Positions 8,495-12,604 of a DNA stretch of 12,604 bases are shown here, piece after piece. Positions within the stretch are counted from its first letter, which is position 1. The number at the start of each line of letters is the position of its first letter. The DNA is from Octopus sinensis (taxonomy: Eukaryota): the NCBI RefSeq assembly GCF_006345805.1, contig NW_021826556.1:1-12604 (forward strand), given 5' to 3'. Made by a program: the position numbers and the translations under genes. The notes below the pieces were generated by a model, which was given only the letters and a program-made list of their open reading frames with translations, was not told where the DNA came from and made no database searches.

Positions 8495-8825
8495 TATTCA
8501 AAGTATGATTTAGGACAAAAAGGGCCTTTGATCCAAAGAGGTTCAATAATAAATTTAAGAGATTCAAAATATTGTTACAAGAACGTCTTTATAAAGAAGA
8601 CGTTGATTTGTTCGTCATACTCACCCGAAGCAAATTTACATACATAGATCGGCAATAGAAAAGTCTTTTAAACATATAGGAAGGGGAAATAACAGTTGAA
8701 AAGAACCAGGTGGTGGTTAAATACCTCGGTAGAGGCTAAAGTTGCATTTCATAAAGACTATATAACTCTATAAAGTCATCTACGCCAGGTCTTTGAACTT
8801 GAGAAAAGTCTTGCGTATTTTTACT

Positions 8826-8882
8826 GTTCCTCTTACAGACTGTATTTGTAGGTGGTTCCTCTTACAGACTGCATGTTAGGTG
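8826..8882. repeat. About 29-bp tandem duplication
   Basis: GTTCCTCTTACAGACTGTATTTGTAGGTG followed by GTTCCTCTTACAGACTGCATGTTAGGTG. Confidence 0.9.
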
Positions 8883-8962
8883 GTTGATTTCTTTTTCTGA
8901 AAAACTTAGGGTTTCCTGACTGTCACTTAGGCATTAACAAATAAAACTAAATGCACTAATTA

Positions 8963-9347
8963 AGGAAGCACTCCGTCGGTTACGACGATGAGGGTTCCGG
9001 TTGATCCGAATCAACGGAACAGCCTGCTCGTGAAATTAACGTGTAAGTGGCTGAGCACTCCACAGACACGTGTACCCTTAACGTAGTTCTCGGGGATATT
9101 CAGCGTGACACAGAGAGTGACAAGGCCGGCCCTTTGAAATACAGGTACAACAGAAACAGGAAGTAAGAGTGAGAGAAAGTTGTGGCGAAAGAGTACAGCA
9201 GGGATCGCCACAACCCCCTGCTTGAGATTCGTTGAGCTTTAGGTGTTTTCGCTCAATAAACACTCACAACGCCCGGTCTGGGAATCGAAACCGCGATCCT
9301 ATGACCGCGAGTCCGCTGCCCTAACCACTGGGCCATTGCGCCTCCAC
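8963..9347 (-). mobile_element. tRNA-derived SINE, family D, full length and young-looking (head possibly tRNA-Arg-like)
   Basis: Head GTGGAGGCGCAATGGCCCAGTGGTTAGGGCAGCGGACTCGCGGTC...GGTTTCGATTCCC. Perfect direct repeat ACTAAATGCACTAATTA at 8946-8962 and 9346-9362. CpGs are retained. Confidence 0.94.
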
Positions 9348-9417
9348 TAAATGCACTAATTATTATTGGTATAAATGTGTATTTATAACGTGAATGTAGA
9401 GGTTTGTGAAAATACAA

Positions 9418-9717
9418 GGTTCAGTGGTTAGAGCAAAGGGAGGTTGTGAGCTCGATTCCCGGACCGGGCCGTCTGTTGCGTTCTTGCGCAATACACTTTC
9501 TTTCGCGTTGTTCTAGTTCACTCAGCTGTAGAAATGAGTTGCGATGTCACTGGGGCCAAGCTGTATCGACCTTTCCCTTGGATAACATCGGTGACGTTGG
9601 TTATGCATGGGCGACGGCTGATCTACCACAAACAACCTTGCTCAGACTTGTACCTCAGAAGGAAACTTTCTAGATGCAATTCCATGGTCATTCATGACCG
9701 ATCGAGGTCTTTTTTTT
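9418..9717 (+). mobile_element. SINE family B, diverged copy
   Basis: TCAGTGGTTAGAGC...TCGATTCCCGGACCGG...GTTCACTCAGCTGTAGAAATGAGTTGCGA...ATTCATGACCGA is collinear with the reverse complement of 3931-4268. Confidence 0.9.
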
Positions 9718-9747
9718 AGAAGGTTTCGATGCAATTGTCCATGTATG

Positions 9748-9865
9748 GCCTTTCATGTTTTCGGGGACGGTAAAATAAGTACCAGCCGACTCATGGGTCG
9801 ATGAAATCGAATTAACCCACTCACTCACCCAAAATGACTGGCCTTGTGCCAAAATTTGAAACCAA
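9748..9865 (+). mobile_element. SINE family E, old 3' fragment
   Basis: GCCTTTCATGTTTTCGGGGACGGTAAAATAAGTACCAG...GGGTCGATGAAATCGA...GGCCTTGTGCCAAAATTTGAAACCAA. Confidence 0.8.
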
Positions 9866-9902
9866 CACACACACATACATACATACACATATATATGTAT
9901 AC

Positions 9903-9983
<81 letters not shown>

Positions 9984-9985
9984 CA
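9865..9985. repeat. (CA)/(CATA) followed by a perfect (GATA)n microsatellite
   Basis: Perfect GATA run at about 9905-9983. Confidence 0.97.
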
Positions 9986-10020
9986 CGAACATACTTTCAT
10001 ATATACATTTACTCACACCT

Positions 10021-10161
10021 GTGTATGTATGCACGACTGTATGCATGCGTGTGTATGTATGTCTTTATGTATGTGCGTATGTATATATATATATATGTAT
10101 ATATGTATGAGTGTATATATACATATATGCATGTACATATGTATGTATGCATGTATGTATG

Positions 10162-10195
<34 letters not shown>

Positions 10196-10352
10196 TGTAT
10201 GTTGTATGTATGTATGTATGTATGTATGTATGTATGTACGTATGTATTCATGTGTGTATGTACGTATGTGTTTATGTATATATGTATATATGTATCTGAG
10301 CATGTATGTATGTTTGTGTGTTGCTATGTATGTGTATGTATCTATGTATGTG
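10021..10352. repeat. Degenerate (TATG)n microsatellite
   Basis: Directly visible. Confidence 0.96.
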
Positions 10353-10449
10353 CGTTGCCCTCTGTTTTTAATCATTTAAATTCTTCCTCTGAAGAAGGAG
10401 CTGGATTCTAACGAAGACACAAAGCTACGAAGCTCCGTCGCTGGAATAC

Positions 10450-11108
10450 AGATAAAAGAGTAATGTCACAAACTAAACTTGAGAAAAGTATTGCATATTT
10501 TTATTGTTCCACTTCATAAATTGTTTTCGTAATGCGCGAGTTAATCGGCTGACTTTACTTCCTGAAAATCCAAGCTTATCTACACTATCAATCAGGCATT
10601 GACACAGGAAACCAACTGCACTGCTTATTATTGTTATAAATGTAAATTTGTAATCCGGATATGGGAGCTGGAAGTTTCGAAGCAGTTGTCCATAGTTATC
10701 TCCTTTCTCTTGGATTTTCAAAGAGATTTTCACAACAGCAGGACAACTGGTCTTTAAGACGATACGCACTTTTCATTGTCTGTCCCAAACAACAATGTCC
10801 GGTCTGTTATGCTTACACTTGACATATGTTTTGTGGGGAAAGTTCCATCCGTATTCCTAACGTTGATGATTGTGTATGTATTCAATAACAGGGGGGGGGG
10901 TTCTATATTTATTCTAGGACAGTCTTTTTATTTTTCGAATGTCGTTGTATATTGTTTTTGCGACAGCGTCATGCCGCATAGGGCGGTGGTACCTTGATGA
11001 CATTTTTAGACAGCTGCTAATCACATGTGCGATGTCTTCCAGAAAAATATGACATAATCTACATTTTCGGTTGCATCTTGGAACTTTGTATTTATGTTCG
11101 ATTAATGA
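10450..11108 (-). mobile_element. RLE-type (R4/Dong/NeSL-like) non-LTR retrotransposon C-terminal remnant: CCHC zinc knuckle plus PD-(D/E)xK nuclease
   Basis: KCRLCHIFLEDIAHVISSCLKMSSRYHRPMRHDAVAKTIY (CCHC plus RHD, about 10945-11070), KCKHNRPDIVVWDRQ* (about 10775-10822), then IVLKTSCPA...KIQEKGDNYGQL...YPDYKF.FI.II.SAVG. Frameshifts and stops are present. Confidence 0.9.
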
Positions 11109-11109
11109 G

Positions 11110-11217
11110 TATGTGTGTGTGTGTGTGTGTGTGTCCGTGTGTGTGCGTGTCTGTGTATGGATGTGCGATTGTGTGTGCTCACGTGTGTGTGCATGAGGGT
11201 GTGTGTGTGTGTGTGTA
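11110..11217. repeat. Degenerate (GT)n microsatellite
   Basis: Directly visible. Confidence 0.95.
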
Positions 11218-11305
11218 TTGCTTTGCATTGCAGAAAGTTATTGCGTCGGTAGACCAAAAGACCGACACGCAGAGAGAGAGAAACTGACTGACGGACACGA
11301 CAGGC

Positions 11306-11353
11306 AGAAAGAAAGGAAGAGAGAAAGGAAGAAAGAAAGAAAGAAAGGAAGGT

Positions 11354-11404
<51 letters not shown>

Positions 11405-11660
11405 AGAAAGAAAGAAAGAAAGGAAGGAAGGAAGGAAAGAAGGAAGGAAGAAAGAAGAAGGAAGGACGGAAGGAAGGAAGGAAGGAAGGAAGAAGGAAGG
11501 AAGAAGGAAGGAAGGAAGGAAGGAAGGAAGGAAAGAAGGGAGGAAGGAAGGAAGGAAGGAAAGAAGGGAGGAAGGAAGGAAGGAAGGAAGGAAAGAAGGG
11601 AGGAAGGAAGGAAGGAAGGAAAGAAGAGTGAGAGAAAAAACAAAGAGAGAAAAGACAAAA
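11306..11660. repeat. Polypurine (GAAA)n/(GGAA)n compound microsatellite
   Basis: About 330 nt that are almost purely A/G on the + strand. Confidence 0.97.
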
Positions 11661-12002
11661 GATAGACTGTGAAACAAATGGACAAAGTCAGGCAGAGAGA
11701 CAGACAGACAAAGTCAGACAGACAGACAGACAGACAAAGTCAGACATGCCGACAGACATTAAGGGGAGAAAAAGAAATTGGTAGACAAACAAAAAAGAAA
11801 CAGCGAAAAACAGAAAGAAAGAATGAACGAAAGAGAGAACGAATGAAAGAAAGAAAGAAAGAAAGGAAGAAGGAAAAAAGAAAGGAGAAAGATAGAAAAA
11901 TAGAAAGACAAATACAGACAGATAGACAGGTAGGTATGTAGGTAAGCGGGCAGGTAGGCAGGCAGATAGGTATGCAGATAGATATACAGATAGATAGATA
12001 AA
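11660..12002. repeat. Degenerate (GACA)/(GAAA)/(GGTA,GGCA)/(GATA) low-complexity tract
   Basis: Period-4 purine-rich blocks are visible. Confidence 0.85.
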
Positions 12003-12393
12003 TACATACATACATACATATACTACATACATACATACATACATACATACATACATGCATACATACATACATACATACATACATACATACATACATGCAT
12101 ACATACATACATACATACATACATGCATACATGCATACATGCATACATACATACATACATACATGCATACATGCATACATACATACATACATACATACAT
12201 ACATGCATACATGCATACATACATACATACATACATACATGCATACATACATACATACATACATACGTACGTACATACATACATACATACATACATACAT
12301 ACATACATACATACATACATGCATACATACATACATACATACATACATACATACATACATACATACATACATACATACATACATACATACATA
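12003..12393. repeat. Long (CATA)n microsatellite with CATG/CGTA variant units
   Basis: Directly visible, about 390 bp. Confidence 0.98.
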
Positions 12394-12604
12394 GGTGTAG
12401 GTAGATAGGGGCAAGTCAACAGAGGCAGGTAAGTAATCAGATATATAGAAAGATAGAGATACATGGAGATATCGACAGAGGCAGATAGACAAATGAAACA
12501 GACGTACAGATAAACAGACTGATAGATGTACAGCGAGAGAGCGGTAAAGGGAAACAGACAGAAAGTTAAAAAGACTGAGAAAGAGAGAGAGAGAGAAGCA
12601 GTTA

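Larger units (their letters stand above)
8645..9415 (-). mobile_element. RLE-type non-LTR retrotransposon 3' remnant (ORF end plus 3' UTR), split by the SINE at 8963-9347
   Basis: After removing the SINE and one TSD copy it reads LHSRYKYTFIPIIISAFSFIC*CLSDSQETLSFSEKEINHLT...LQIQSVRGTVKIRKTFLKF, homologous to PYPDYKFTFITIISSAVGFLCQCLIDSVDKLGFS...GTIKICNTFLKF at 10473-10670. Confidence 0.85.

Noticed and set aside
9270-9347. tRNA-like sequence (also at 4195-4268 and 2761-2825)
   Set aside because: A and B boxes are present but there is no proper acceptor stem, and each continues into a repeated body, two of them with TSDs. These are SINE heads, not tRNA genes.
9688-12492. Long ORFs (up to 258 aa) rich in MYVC, YLSI, SFLP and HT
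   Set aside because: Microsatellite artefacts. Only the non-repetitive parts of 10473-10769 and 10914-11100 are meaningful, and they are dead retroelement sequence.

Overview
Non-coding, repeat-saturated eukaryotic DNA, very probably from an octopus or other coleoid cephalopod. That assignment rests on my recollection of the SINE families, plus the (TATG)/(GATA)/(GAAA) microsatellite load. No intact protein-coding gene, RNA gene or CRISPR array is supported, and the supplied ORFs I could explain are microsatellite read-throughs or pieces of decayed transposons. The window is a nested transposon graveyard. It holds a Tigger/pogo-like MITE, three decayed RTE-type LINE fragments, a Penelope-like remnant and three 3' remnants of a restriction-like-endonuclease (R4/Dong/NeSL-type) non-LTR element. 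It also holds about ten tRNA-derived SINE copies from five modular families, four of them with recognisable target-site duplications, and long compound microsatellites. I see no firm evidence of a new biological system. The best leads are an RLE retroelement whose 3' end joins (TATG)n, two degenerate hammerhead-like motifs, module swapping and dimerisation among the SINEs, and closely spaced inverted SINEs.
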